From Longimicrobiales bacterium (lineage in GTDB: Bacteria > Gemmatimonadota > Gemmatimonadetes > Longimicrobiales > Gaopeijiaceae), in contig OZ250165.1 of the NCBI GenBank assembly GCA_965238005.1, positions 4,000,001-4,064,000 of the forward strand: a stretch of DNA of 64,000 nt, given 5' to 3'. This document shows positions 27,790 to 37,252 of the stretch, one piece after another (within the stretch, counting starts at the first letter, position 1; every line of letters begins with the position of its first letter). Below the pieces are notes generated by a model, which was given only the letters and a program-made list of their open reading frames with translations, made no database searches and had not been told where the DNA came from. The translations under genes were made by a program, and so were the position numbers.

Positions 27790-29178
27790 ATGAAGACTGG
27801 AACCGCCGTCCTGCTGGGCGCTGTCGTCGTGAGCGGCTCGATGCTGGCCGCCTCGCGCAGCCCCGTGGCACCCGTCCTCTCCTCAATCCTCGCGGCGGCG
27901 CAGAGCGCTCCGGAGGCCGTCGCTTTCACCAACGTCAACGTCGTTCCCATGGACTCCGAGCGGATCCTGAGGGATCAGACCGTTCTCGTGGAGCAAGGCA
28001 GGATCCGCCGCTTGGGATCGGCGGCCGAGGTCCGGGTCTCCGCAGGCGTCACGACGGTAGACGGATCGGGCAAGTACCTCATGCCGGGCCTGGCGGAGAT
28101 GCACGGCCACATGCCCGGTGGAGACGTGGAGGAGATGGTGATGTTCCTGTACGTAGCCAACGGAGTGACAACCGTTCGGGGCATGCTCGGTCGCGACGGC
28201 CACATGGAGCTACGTCGCAAGGCGAACGCCAGCGAGATCGTGGCACCGACCCTCTACCTCGCCGGGCCCAGCTTCAACGGCAACTCGGTCTCCTCGCCCG
28301 AACAGGCCGCCCAGAAGGTCCGCACGCAAAAGGAGCAGGGTTGGGATCTCCTCAAGATCCACCCTGGACTCACCGTGCCCGAGTACGACGCCATGGCCAT
28401 GACCGCCCATGAGGTGGGCATCCGGTTCGGCGGTCACGTGCCGGCCGAGGTGGGACTCGAGCATGCCATCAGAATGGGCCAGGAGACCTTCGACCACCTG
28501 GACGGCTTCATCGAGCACCTGAACGCCTTCGACGAGCCCATCGACCGAGGCAGGCTCGGCGAGCTGGTCACCATGGTGAAGGACGCAGGCGCTTGGGTCG
28601 TGCCCACCATGGTGCTCTGGGACGTGGGCATCATAGGCCGCGGAGACGCCCAGGTCATGGCCAACTATCCGGAGATGCGGTATTGGCCGAAGCGGAACAT
28701 CCCGCGGGTCGTGGAGGGCGTGGAAGGCTGGATCGGCAGACACGCGGGAGGCGCACAACGAGTCCAGGCCGATCCCGATGCGGCCGACCTGTGGGCCGGC
28801 AACCGGCTGGATGTGCTCAAGGCCCTGTCAGACGGCGGGGTGGGCATTCTGATGGGGACCGACTCACCGCAGCTCTTCTCCGTCCCCGGCTTTTCCCTGC
28901 ATCGGGAGATGCAGGCCATGGCCGACGCCGGCATGTCACCCTACGAGATCCTGGTCTCTGGCACACGGGCCGTGGGTGAGTACTTCCGGAGGAGCGACAC
29001 CTTCGGCACGGTGGCCGTGGGACGGCGAGCCGACTTGATCCTCCTGAACTCCAATCCGTTGGACGACGTCGGCAACGTAGCCGACCGGGCCGGAGTCATG
29101 GTCCGAGGTCGCTGGTACTCCGACCGCTACATCCAGGAGCGCCTGGACGAGATCGCTCGGCGGTTCGCGACGGACTGA
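27790..29178 (+). CDS. Secreted amidohydrolase family protein
   Basis: Signal peptide; MPGLAEMHGH, GVTTVR, MGTDSP, GRRADLILL. Confidence 0.85.
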   Translation: MKTGTAVLLGAVVVSGSMLAASRSPVAPVLSSILAAAQSAPEAVAFTNVNVVPMDSERILRDQTVLVEQGRIRRLGSAAEVRVSAGVTTVDGSGKYLMPGLAEMHGHMPGGDVEEMVMFLYVANGVTTVRGMLGRDGHMELRRKANASEIVAPTLYLAGPSFNGNSVSSPEQAAQKVRTQKEQGWDLLKIHPGLTVPEYDAMAMTAHEVGIRFGGHVPAEVGLEHAIRMGQETFDHLDGFIEHLNAFDEPIDRGRLGELVTMVKDAGAWVVPTMVLWDVGIIGRGDAQVMANYPEMRYWPKRNIPRVVEGVEGWIGRHAGGAQRVQADPDAADLWAGNRLDVLKALSDGGVGILMGTDSPQLFSVPGFSLHREMQAMADAGMSPYEILVSGTRAVGEYFRRSDTFGTVAVGRRADLILLNSNPLDDVGNVADRAGVMVRGRWYSDRYIQERLDEIARRFATD

Positions 29179-29285
29179 CCGCCGGCCGGGGCCGTCACCG
29201 ACTCTTGCACCCCACGCAGAGCCTCCCGACCGCCCGGGGCTGAAGCCTTCGTCGGCTTTCGGCGAAGCCCCGGGTCGAGCCCGCG

Positions 29286-30470
29286 TCAGGTCGGCGCCCG
29301 CTCGCCATCGATCCGCAACTGCTCGAGTCCGGCGCTGACCAACCGCCACTGGAGCCTCATCTGATCGAGGACGGGCATGGGGGTCAGCCCACTGGCCCTA
29401 ATCTCGTCGGAGATCGCCTCGCGCTGCTCGTCGGAGATTGCCTCGCGCTGCTCGTCGGACGTCGATCTCGCCACGCCCAGAGCTAGCTGCCAACGGTCCC
29501 GGCGCTCCTTCCAGTGCTCTCCCACCGGATCGGGCGGACCCAGAGTCTCTCCCACCCCCGGCGTTATGAAGAGGGGCATCTCGCTCACGAGCGTCACAGG
29601 ATCGCCACCGAGAGAGCGGATGGCCTCCATGGAGCTCGGCCGGAAGCGGGCGGCCGTCTCCTCGTCGCCGAGCGCCAGGAAGTGGTCCCGCATCGCCGTC
29701 GAGCTCGGCCGGGTGCAGAACCCTCGCTCGATACGGTGGAAGCCCTTCTCCCCCTCCCGCTCCACGTCATGGAGGACGTATCCGAGGCGGTGGGTCTCCT
29801 CGGCGCAGCACCGCTTCACGTGCTCCAATCTGTCCAACCACGCCGGCTCCAGCAGGAACCAGGGGCCGCCGGCCAACGCGATGCCGTGGAGGGTAGCGTG
29901 GAGATGGAACGGCGCATCGGCGCTTCTCCACCAGTCGTGCAGGGCTCGGCTCTCGGGCCGGACGTCGGCATCCGCCGAGGACCGGGGGAAGCCGAACTCC
30001 AGGTCGTCGCCAGGAAGCTCACGAACCACATGGGAGCTGTTCAGGACCGGGTCGTATGCGTCCGACGGCGCTACCGGGCCGTCGACATCTTGCCACCCCT
30101 TGTTCCGCTCCCGGCCGTCGGGGTTGATGTGGGGCACGATCCACCACTGGTAGCCGGTGAGCATCGTGTGGCCGGTCTCGAGTGATCCGAGGAACGCAGC
30201 CAACCTGGCCAGGAAACGGGGCCCGACGGGCTCATCGGCGTGGCATCCGCCGATGAGGCTCACCCGAAGCGGGCCGGAGCCCAGACGGAAGCCCTGGACG
30301 GGCCGCCCTTGTCGGGAGGTCCCCAGACGTAGCCCGGCCTCCGGGTCCACTGGCGGGTGGGCGATGATGGCGTCCGCTAGTGCGTACAGATTCCCTCCGT
30401 CCTCCGGGCCGTCCGGCGACGGCGGCTGTCGCTCCCCTCGCCGTGGTGCACCCCGTCGCGCATACCCCAA
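29286..30470 (-). CDS. M14-like zinc carboxypeptidase family protein (start uncertain)
   Basis: GTSRQGRP, GCHADEP, PHINPDG, TLHG, VSEMP. Confidence 0.7.
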   Translation of the reverse strand: MGYARRGAPRRGERQPPSPDGPEDGGNLYALADAIIAHPPVDPEAGLRLGTSRQGRPVQGFRLGSGPLRVSLIGGCHADEPVGPRFLARLAAFLGSLETGHTMLTGYQWWIVPHINPDGRERNKGWQDVDGPVAPSDAYDPVLNSSHVVRELPGDDLEFGFPRSSADADVRPESRALHDWWRSADAPFHLHATLHGIALAGGPWFLLEPAWLDRLEHVKRCCAEETHRLGYVLHDVEREGEKGFHRIERGFCTRPSSTAMRDHFLALGDEETAARFRPSSMEAIRSLGGDPVTLVSEMPLFITPGVGETLGPPDPVGEHWKERRDRWQLALGVARSTSDEQREAISDEQREAISDEIRASGLTPMPVLDQMRLQWRLVSAGLEQLRIDGERAPT

Positions 30471-30484
30471 CTGACGTCCTCCAA

Positions 30485-30626
30485 GTGGAGCCTCCTCCGG
30501 GTGGAGCCTCCTCCGGGTGGAGCCCTCCGGGTGGAGCCCTCCGAGTGGAGCCCTCCGAGTGGAGCCCTCCGAGTGGAGCCCTCCGAGTGGACCCCCCGAG
30601 TGGACCCCCCGAGTGGAGCCCTCCGG
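30485..30626. repeat. Tandem repeat, 10 units of 13-16 bp, consensus GTGGAGCCCTCCG(A/G)
   Basis: Read directly: 2x16 bp, 5x14 bp, 2x13 bp, 1x14 bp units with no spacers. Confidence 0.95.
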
Positions 30627-30933
30627 GCTCCCCCTCAGAAGTGGCCCGTCACGGCCACGGACATGTAGCCGTCGCGGCGGAATCCGTAAAGGAGGTCCGC
30701 CCCGTCGACGCCGACCAGGTGCTGGGACTCCGTCACGCCCCAGAACTCGCGGCGCAGCCCGGCCGCCACCGCACCACCCATCGAGCGTAGCGGGTCACCA
30801 GGCCGTCGTGATGTATGGAACCGGGGCGCCCATCGGGTGCCTCGGCCGACGACGTTGGGGACCAGCTCCGCAGCCACGGACAAGTGGGCGGCCGAGCTCG
30901 ACAAAGTGGGCCTCGCGCTGATCGCGAGCTGCC

Positions 30934-31318
30934 CTACGTAAGGTCGTTCTTCCAGAGCAGCGTCCCGTCGGCGTTGTAGACCGTTTCCACGGCAACGCCC
31001 TCGTCGAACTCCAGGGCCAGATACCCGTGAGAGTAATAGCGATCCTCGTGCCCCACGATGTATGGGTTTCCCCCGTCGAGGATCATCCCGCCAGGGACGA
31101 ACGGCTTCGGCCGGAGCTTCCTCCACGTGGGGCTCGCAGGGACCTCCTCACCCAGGAGCTTCTCGTCCCGGAACTCGGGGAAACCTCCGTGGCCGATACC
31201 CCGGCCGTACATGTCCCACAGGGGATGCCGGTCGTAGATCACGCACTGATGCTCGTGACCCCAGTACCAAGCGAAGATCTTCTTGCCGTCGAGAAGGTCG
31301 CCCAACTTCCCTACGACG
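30934..31318 (-). pseudogene. C-terminal remnant of a calcineurin-like metallophosphoesterase
   Basis: WYWGHEH motif, GHGGFP; N-terminal metal-binding motifs missing. Confidence 0.6.
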
Positions 31319-31468
31319 GGGAGCCCCGTGTTCGACTCGAAGTGGCAGCTGGTGGGACTGCACCATTGGGGTGGGCACGACGTGGAACGCCTGGACGGCG
31401 GGGGAACCTACGATGCCAATGAAGGCATCCGGATCGGCGCCATCCGGGAGGCCCTGGCGGGCCCCTAG
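31319..31468 (+). pseudogene. C-terminal remnant of a trypsin-like serine protease
   Basis: GSPVFDSKWQLVGLHHWG...ANEGIRI; catalytic GxSG segment cut at the junction. Confidence 0.65.
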
Positions 31469-31474
31469 TGCAGG

Positions 31475-33565
31475 TTAGCGCTCCACCACCCTCGCCCGCA
31501 CGATCACATCACCTTCGGCAACCTGATCCGCCGTGTCCATCCCCCTCACAACCTCACCGAACACCGTGTAGTTGTGATCCAGACGGAGATTATCGATGAG
31601 GTTGATGAACATCTGGCCGTCACCCGTGTCACGACCCCGGGTGGACGTACCCACGGTCCCACGCCAGTGGGAGAGCAAGCCGAGCTCGTCCCGGGCGTAA
31701 GCCGCGTCGCCGGCAAACTCGTTGGCGCCCGGGCTCCCCCCTTGAAGGACGAAGTTCGTGACCACCCGGTGGAAGGTGAGCCCGTCGAGGTACCCGGACC
31801 GGGCGAGGCGGGCGAAGCGTGCGGCATGGGTGGGAGCGTCACGAACGAGCAAGTGGATCTCTATCTCCCCACCCCGCTCCATCTCCAGGACTACACGGGT
31901 TTCGGCCAGGCGGTCGACCTCCTCGGGGGACGGCACGGCGAGCCGCGGCACCGGGTTGGGCTGGGCCTGCCAGCTTCCGCCCGTCCACCGGCTCAGAATC
32001 TCCGCCACCCGCTCCGCGAACACCGGATCGTAGTCCGTGACGTATGGCTGCAGCTCCTCCGCATCGTCCGCACCACCCAACTCGGCGATGCGGTTCAGGA
32101 GGGCCATGCGGGGGTCCCGGGCCGTCTGCCGCCGCTCCTGGGAGATCCGGCTCAGCGCTTGCAGCAGCGGTGCCATGACCCCCCTGGGGCTCGGTATGCC
32201 TTCCAGTAATCCCGCCACCGTCAGGAGGAGGAACGGGTCGTCCTGATCGAGCTGGGCGATCAGGATGGCATCGGCGTCGCGCCCGCGGAGCCGGGCGAGT
32301 CCCTGCACCGCCGCCGTACGGACGTTGGGAACCGGGTCGGACGCGAGGCTCTCCAGCACGTCACCGTCACCGAGGACCGCAGCCGCTCGGGCAGCGTACA
32401 CGCGGGCGAACGGGTTCGAATGTCCTACGAACCCGCCGAGGAGCGGCCCCGCCCGGCCCGGAGAGACCGTGGCGAGAGAGACGAGGGCGTGGGCCGCCCG
32501 GTGCCACTCGGACGGTCCCGCCGCTTCGGCCCCGGCGGCGATGCCGGCCAGCAGTTCGATCTGCATGGCCCGGCCAGCACACGCCTGGCCCAGAAGATCC
32601 AGGGCCGCCACGGCCACGTGCAGGTCGGCGTCGATGGCCGCCTCGAAAAGACGTGGACACTCCTCGGCGCCTGGAGCGCGGGCAGCGTAGCTTCGCACGG
32701 CCTCGACACGAACCCGAGGCGAAGGGTCATCCAGACCTCCCACCAGAAGATCGATGCTCACGTCCGAGGAAGGCTCGCGTCCCATGGTGGTCACGGCGAG
32801 CCGCCGTACGTCCGGATCGCCGTCCTCCAGAGCCGCGGCCAACGTTTCGGCCCCGGGCCTTCCAAACCAGGAAAGAGCCAGCATGGCCGTCCTGCGCACC
32901 CGAGCAGAGCCGTCCGAGCCACCGGACCGGCCGAGTATGGCCAACTCCCGCAGCCTCCTCACGGTGGCCGTCGAGAGTCCCGACGGGCCGAGGCTGCGGG
33001 ACATGGACTCGAGACCCATGACGGCGCCGGTGAGGGTGGCGAGAGGTGCGTCACCTTCCCCGTCCCTGGTGAGCTGGACGAGTATCTGCTCGGCAGCGAG
33101 AGCACGCTCTGTTTCGCCGTACCGCAACCTGCCCAGGGTGCGCGCCACCACGCCCCGGACTCCGGCGTCTTCTTCACGGGAGAGGTGGGCGAAGAGCAAG
33201 TCCGCTACCCCGTCTCCGTCCAACAACAGGACCGCCTGTGCCAAGGCGTTTGCGGCTTCCGCCCGAACGCTCGGGTGAGAGGACGCCAGGAGCGGCGCAA
33301 TCAGACCGAGAGTCTCCGGTTTCTCTAGACGTCCCACGCCCCGCACGGCGATCCTCTGGATGTCCGGGCTCGCCGAGCTCAGGCCCTCCTCCAGAGGCTG
33401 GAGCCCTTCCGGGCCGGCTCCTCTGGCGTCCTCCGCGTCGAGGATGGCGGCTCGCAGCTCAACGTCGGAGCCGTCTTCACAACCGGACAGCACGATGGTC
33501 GCGGCCATGAGAAGCACGGCCAGCGCACGGCGGCCGACGGCCCCAGTGGGCCCGGCAACGCTCAC
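31475..33565 (-). CDS. HEAT-repeat plus cyclophilin-type peptidylprolyl isomerase lipoprotein
   Basis: Lipobox LSGC; HEAT repeats (D..VR..A); C-terminal FHRVVTNFVLQGG, GRDTGDGQMFI, YTVFGEV. Confidence 0.85.
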   Translation of the reverse strand: MSVAGPTGAVGRRALAVLLMAATIVLSGCEDGSDVELRAAILDAEDARGAGPEGLQPLEEGLSSASPDIQRIAVRGVGRLEKPETLGLIAPLLASSHPSVRAEAANALAQAVLLLDGDGVADLLFAHLSREEDAGVRGVVARTLGRLRYGETERALAAEQILVQLTRDGEGDAPLATLTGAVMGLESMSRSLGPSGLSTATVRRLRELAILGRSGGSDGSARVRRTAMLALSWFGRPGAETLAAALEDGDPDVRRLAVTTMGREPSSDVSIDLLVGGLDDPSPRVRVEAVRSYAARAPGAEECPRLFEAAIDADLHVAVAALDLLGQACAGRAMQIELLAGIAAGAEAAGPSEWHRAAHALVSLATVSPGRAGPLLGGFVGHSNPFARVYAARAAAVLGDGDVLESLASDPVPNVRTAAVQGLARLRGRDADAILIAQLDQDDPFLLLTVAGLLEGIPSPRGVMAPLLQALSRISQERRQTARDPRMALLNRIAELGGADDAEELQPYVTDYDPVFAERVAEILSRWTGGSWQAQPNPVPRLAVPSPEEVDRLAETRVVLEMERGGEIEIHLLVRDAPTHAARFARLARSGYLDGLTFHRVVTNFVLQGGSPGANEFAGDAAYARDELGLLSHWRGTVGTSTRGRDTGDGQMFINLIDNLRLDHNYTVFGEVVRGMDTADQVAEGDVIVRARVVER

Positions 33566-34539
33566 AGGCCCAGCAACTCCGCGGCGTTCCCCCCGTGAAC
33601 GCGGGCCTCATCCTCGGAAGAGAGCTCCAGTTGGGCTATGGACGACTGCATCTTCTCGAGGCTCCCGATCATGTGCGGGTAGTCGCTTCCCGCCACCACG
33701 TGATCGGCTCCGGCGAAGTTCAGAGCGAGCTGCAGGCACGCCGGGTCGAAGTTCACGGTGTCGTAGTAGAATTGGCGGAGGTATTCCGTGGGAGGTCGGG
33801 AGATGTTCACGCGGCACCGCGGAAACGCCTCGAAGCCGCGATCTAGGCGCTCGGCCAAGAATGGAATCGCGCCTCCCGTATGGCAGAGCACCCAACGAAT
33901 CCCAGGGAAGCGCTCGGGAACGCCGGCGTAGATCAGGTGGGCGGTGGCCAGGGTCGTATCCATGAGAAAGCCCACCAGCGGCATGAGCATGTACTCCTCC
34001 ATGGCCTCCACCCCCACCGGATACGTCGGGTGGATGTAGATGACGGCTCCGGCCTCGTCGGCTCGTTCATAGAGCGGCCAGAAGCGCTGGTCGGCCAGCG
34101 GCACGCCACTCGCGTTGCTGAAGAGCATGACGCCCGGGAAGCCCAACTCGCCCAGCACCCGGTCCAGCTCCACGGCGGCCGCCTCGAGATTGTTCAGGGG
34201 CAGGTGGGCCAGAGCCGTGAAGCGATCGGGATGCCGGTCCCTGGCGTTCGCGAGCCCCTCGTTGATGATCGAGGCCAGCTCCGCCGCTCGATCCGGGGAT
34301 TCGATGCTCGTACCCGGCGCGGTAAAGGTGAGCACCTGCCTGTCGACGCCGGCCTCATCTAGGACCGTCCGCCGGAAGTCGATGTCCCGATGGCCGGGGA
34401 CGATGACGTTGTAATCGCCGGGAGAGTGGAGGACAGGATTCCCCTCCTGGTCCTCGGTGACCCTGAAGTTGCTGGAACCCGAGCGGATGGCGTCCAGGAA
34501 CTCCGGTGGGAAGTAATGATTGTGGAAGTCGATGATCAT
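33562..34539 (-). CDS. Amidohydrolase_2 family (ACMSD-like decarboxylase/hydrolase)
   Basis: IDFHNH, IYIHP, CHTGG, YYDT, GSDYPH, GGNA. Confidence 0.85.
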   Translation of the reverse strand: MIIDFHNHYFPPEFLDAIRSGSSNFRVTEDQEGNPVLHSPGDYNVIVPGHRDIDFRRTVLDEAGVDRQVLTFTAPGTSIESPDRAAELASIINEGLANARDRHPDRFTALAHLPLNNLEAAAVELDRVLGELGFPGVMLFSNASGVPLADQRFWPLYERADEAGAVIYIHPTYPVGVEAMEEYMLMPLVGFLMDTTLATAHLIYAGVPERFPGIRWVLCHTGGAIPFLAERLDRGFEAFPRCRVNISRPPTEYLRQFYYDTVNFDPACLQLALNFAGADHVVAGSDYPHMIGSLEKMQSSIAQLELSSEDEARVHGGNAAELLGL

Positions 34540-35918
34540 GCCGTGTTTTCTGGAAGTGTGCGATCAGAACGGGCCCAGAGACGGTACACCGGATAGCCGA
34601 TGGCCACCATGCCGAGACCGAGGGCGCTCTCCATTGGATCGTTGATGACCTGATTCGCCACGATAGCGAAGGCGGACGCGGCGAACAAAGCCGGCGCCCA
34701 AGGATAACCCCACGCCGAGTAGGTGCGAGTCACGCCCGGCCGGCGCCGGAGCATGAAGAGGCCGATGGCCATGAGCCCGAAGAAGATCCACTCGGTATAA
34801 ACCACTCGCGTGAAGAGAGCGCGATAGGTGCCCGTGGCCACGAGGATCGAAGCCCAGACCGCCTGCAGCACGATGGCCCGGTGCGGCGTGTGATAGCGGG
34901 GATGAAGCCCGCTCACCCATCGGAACAGCATGCCATCACGAGCCATCGCGTAGTAGACCCGCGGTCCCGACAGGACGATGCCCGCCAGGGCCCCGAAGGC
35001 GGAGAACATGACCAGGCCCGTCATGGCGGCCCCCCCCGCGTAGCCGAACACGGCCTCGGCCGCCTCCGCGGCCACCCTTTCGGAGCCGATGACGGCGTCC
35101 AAGGGCAGCACGTAGAAGTAGACGGCGTTGAGGGCGACGTAACACACGGTCACCGTGAGCACCCCCCACGCCAGCGCCTGGGGGATGGTCTTCCGCGGGT
35201 CCACGGTCTCTTCGGCGTTGTACGTCACCATGTGCCACCCGCCGAAGGCGAAGAGCCCAGCCACCAGAGCCAGGAGAAAGTCGGAGAAGGTGCCGCCTCC
35301 GAGGAGTCCGCCCGCATCGACGGCCTCGGTTCCGGCAGGCCCGAAGACGCCCGCGCCGCCCACGCCGGCAGCATCCGGCGGTGATCCCAGCGAGAAGCCC
35401 AGCGCCACCATGAGGATGATAGCCAGCACCTTGATGGCGGTGAACGCCGTCTGGAGATTGCTTCCCTGCTTCACGCCAAGGTAGTTGACGGCAGAGATGA
35501 GCAGGATCGCCGATATCGCCACGGCACGGGTGCCCACGGGACCCAGCTCGACGAGGAATCCCACGTAGAAGGCGAAGACCATCCCGATGGCCGCGATGAT
35601 CCCCGAGTGCATGGTCCAGAACATGGCCCAGCCCCAAAGGAACCCCAGCCAGCCGCCGAAAGACTCCCGGAGAAAGGCATACACGCCCCCGCTCTCGGGG
35701 AAGGTGGAAGCGAGCTCGGCCGTGACCAGGGCGCCGATGAACGTGAGCGCACCCGCCACGAGCCATACCAGAGCCGCCCCGCTGAGCGACGGAACCCGGC
35801 CGGTGACCTCCGACGGTTGAACGAAGATCGCGGTGCCGATGATGGTCCCCACCACCATGGCCGTAGCGTGGGGAAGGCGGATCGCCCGTGACAGCCCGGC
35901 CTCAGGGCGATGGCTCAT
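34536..35918 (-). CDS. APC family amino acid permease
   Basis: GTIIGTAIF, AELAS.FPESGG.Y, FAFGGW, PRVYYAMARDG. Confidence 0.9.
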   Translation of the reverse strand: MSHRPEAGLSRAIRLPHATAMVVGTIIGTAIFVQPSEVTGRVPSLSGAALVWLVAGALTFIGALVTAELASTFPESGGVYAFLRESFGGWLGFLWGWAMFWTMHSGIIAAIGMVFAFYVGFLVELGPVGTRAVAISAILLISAVNYLGVKQGSNLQTAFTAIKVLAIILMVALGFSLGSPPDAAGVGGAGVFGPAGTEAVDAGGLLGGGTFSDFLLALVAGLFAFGGWHMVTYNAEETVDPRKTIPQALAWGVLTVTVCYVALNAVYFYVLPLDAVIGSERVAAEAAEAVFGYAGGAAMTGLVMFSAFGALAGIVLSGPRVYYAMARDGMLFRWVSGLHPRYHTPHRAIVLQAVWASILVATGTYRALFTRVVYTEWIFFGLMAIGLFMLRRRPGVTRTYSAWGYPWAPALFAASAFAIVANQVINDPMESALGLGMVAIGYPVYRLWARSDRTLPENTA

Positions 35919-35945
35919 GGCGTCGTCCGGGTTGGGACCCCGACC

Positions 35946-37202
35946 CTATCTGACCTCCGTATCCACGTCTGTCTCACCCTCCGAGCGCGCTACGATCGCC
36001 GCGCCGCAGGAATCGCTGAAGACGTTCACGGCCGTGCGGAACATGTCGAGCGGCCGGTCGATGGCGAGCATCGATCCGACGATCACGTTCACGTCGGGGC
36101 CCCGCAGGCCGATCGCCTCGAGCACGACGAAGATCACGACCAGCCCCGCCGAGGGAACCGCGGCAGCGCCCACCGAGGCCAGCAGCGCGGTCAACACCAC
36201 CACGCCCTGCTGCGCGATCGTGAGGTCGAAGCCGAGCATCTGGGCGATGAAGAGCGCACCCGCGCACTCGAAGACCGCGGTACCGTCCATGTTGACGGTG
36301 GCACCCATCGGGAGCACGAAGGACGCGACCTTGTTCGAGGTCCCCACTTTCTCCTCGACGGCGCGTATGGTGACCGGCAGGGTGGCCCCGGACGAGCTGG
36401 TCGAGAACGCGATCAGAAGCGGCTCGCGCATGTTCGCGAAGTGGATGCGCGGGGAGATCCGGCCTATAAGGATCAGCAGGATCGGTAGGCTCACCAACAG
36501 GTGGAAGGTGAGCCCACTACCGATGGTCAGGGCGTACAGCGCGAACGAGCGGAACGCGTCGAAGCCCGTGGTGCCCACCATCCGCGTGATGAGCGCGAAG
36601 ACCCCGATGGGCAGGAACTTTATGATCCCCGACGTGAGCCGCATCATCGTGTGGAAGAGCGCGTCGAAGAGCTGGATGACCGGGTCCCGAGTCTTCTCCG
36701 GCAGCGCGGAGATCGCGGCCCCGAAGACGATGCAGAAGAAGATGATCGCCAGCATGTCGGCGGCGGCCGCCGCCTGGAAGACGTTTTCCGGCACGATGTC
36801 GAGGATGAGCTCGACGGGTGAGCTGGGCGTCGCGAGCTCGGGTAGCTGTCCCTCTCCGGTCGGCGCCAGCGTGGCATCCCTTCCGGGACGGATGAGGTTG
36901 ACAAAGAACAGACCGGTCAGGGCCGCGAGCAGGCTGGAGAGCGCGTAGTAGCCGAGCGTCTTGCCGAAGAGGCGTCCGATGTCGCGACCGCCGCCCACCG
37001 ATGCCACGCCCGAGATGATCGACGTCAGCACCAGCGGCACGATGATCATCCGCAGGAGCTTCATGAAGAGGTCGCCGATCCAGCCGACCTGATCGGCCGC
37101 CGGCACGCCGAAGATGGTTCCGGTCAGAGCACCCAGGCCCATGGCGACGAGTACCTGCCAGTGAAGCTGGCGGTACCAGGGTAGGTCCGGATTGTGCTCC
37201 AT
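35946..37202 (-). CDS. Dicarboxylate/amino acid:cation symporter (DAACS, GltP-like)
   Basis: FSTSSSGATLP, GATVNMDGT, DRPLDMFRTAVNV. Confidence 0.92.
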   Translation of the reverse strand: MEHNPDLPWYRQLHWQVLVAMGLGALTGTIFGVPAADQVGWIGDLFMKLLRMIIVPLVLTSIISGVASVGGGRDIGRLFGKTLGYYALSSLLAALTGLFFVNLIRPGRDATLAPTGEGQLPELATPSSPVELILDIVPENVFQAAAAADMLAIIFFCIVFGAAISALPEKTRDPVIQLFDALFHTMMRLTSGIIKFLPIGVFALITRMVGTTGFDAFRSFALYALTIGSGLTFHLLVSLPILLILIGRISPRIHFANMREPLLIAFSTSSSGATLPVTIRAVEEKVGTSNKVASFVLPMGATVNMDGTAVFECAGALFIAQMLGFDLTIAQQGVVVLTALLASVGAAAVPSAGLVVIFVVLEAIGLRGPDVNVIVGSMLAIDRPLDMFRTAVNVFSDSCGAAIVARSEGETDVDTEVR

Positions 37203-37252
37203 GGCGGTCGACCTTCAGGTTCGGGGATCCCTGGGCTTGAGGCGCTCAGTAG

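Noticed and set aside
30485..30626. Possible CRISPR array
   Set aside because: Units are 13-16 bp, contiguous, with no unique spacers, and no cas genes are in the window.
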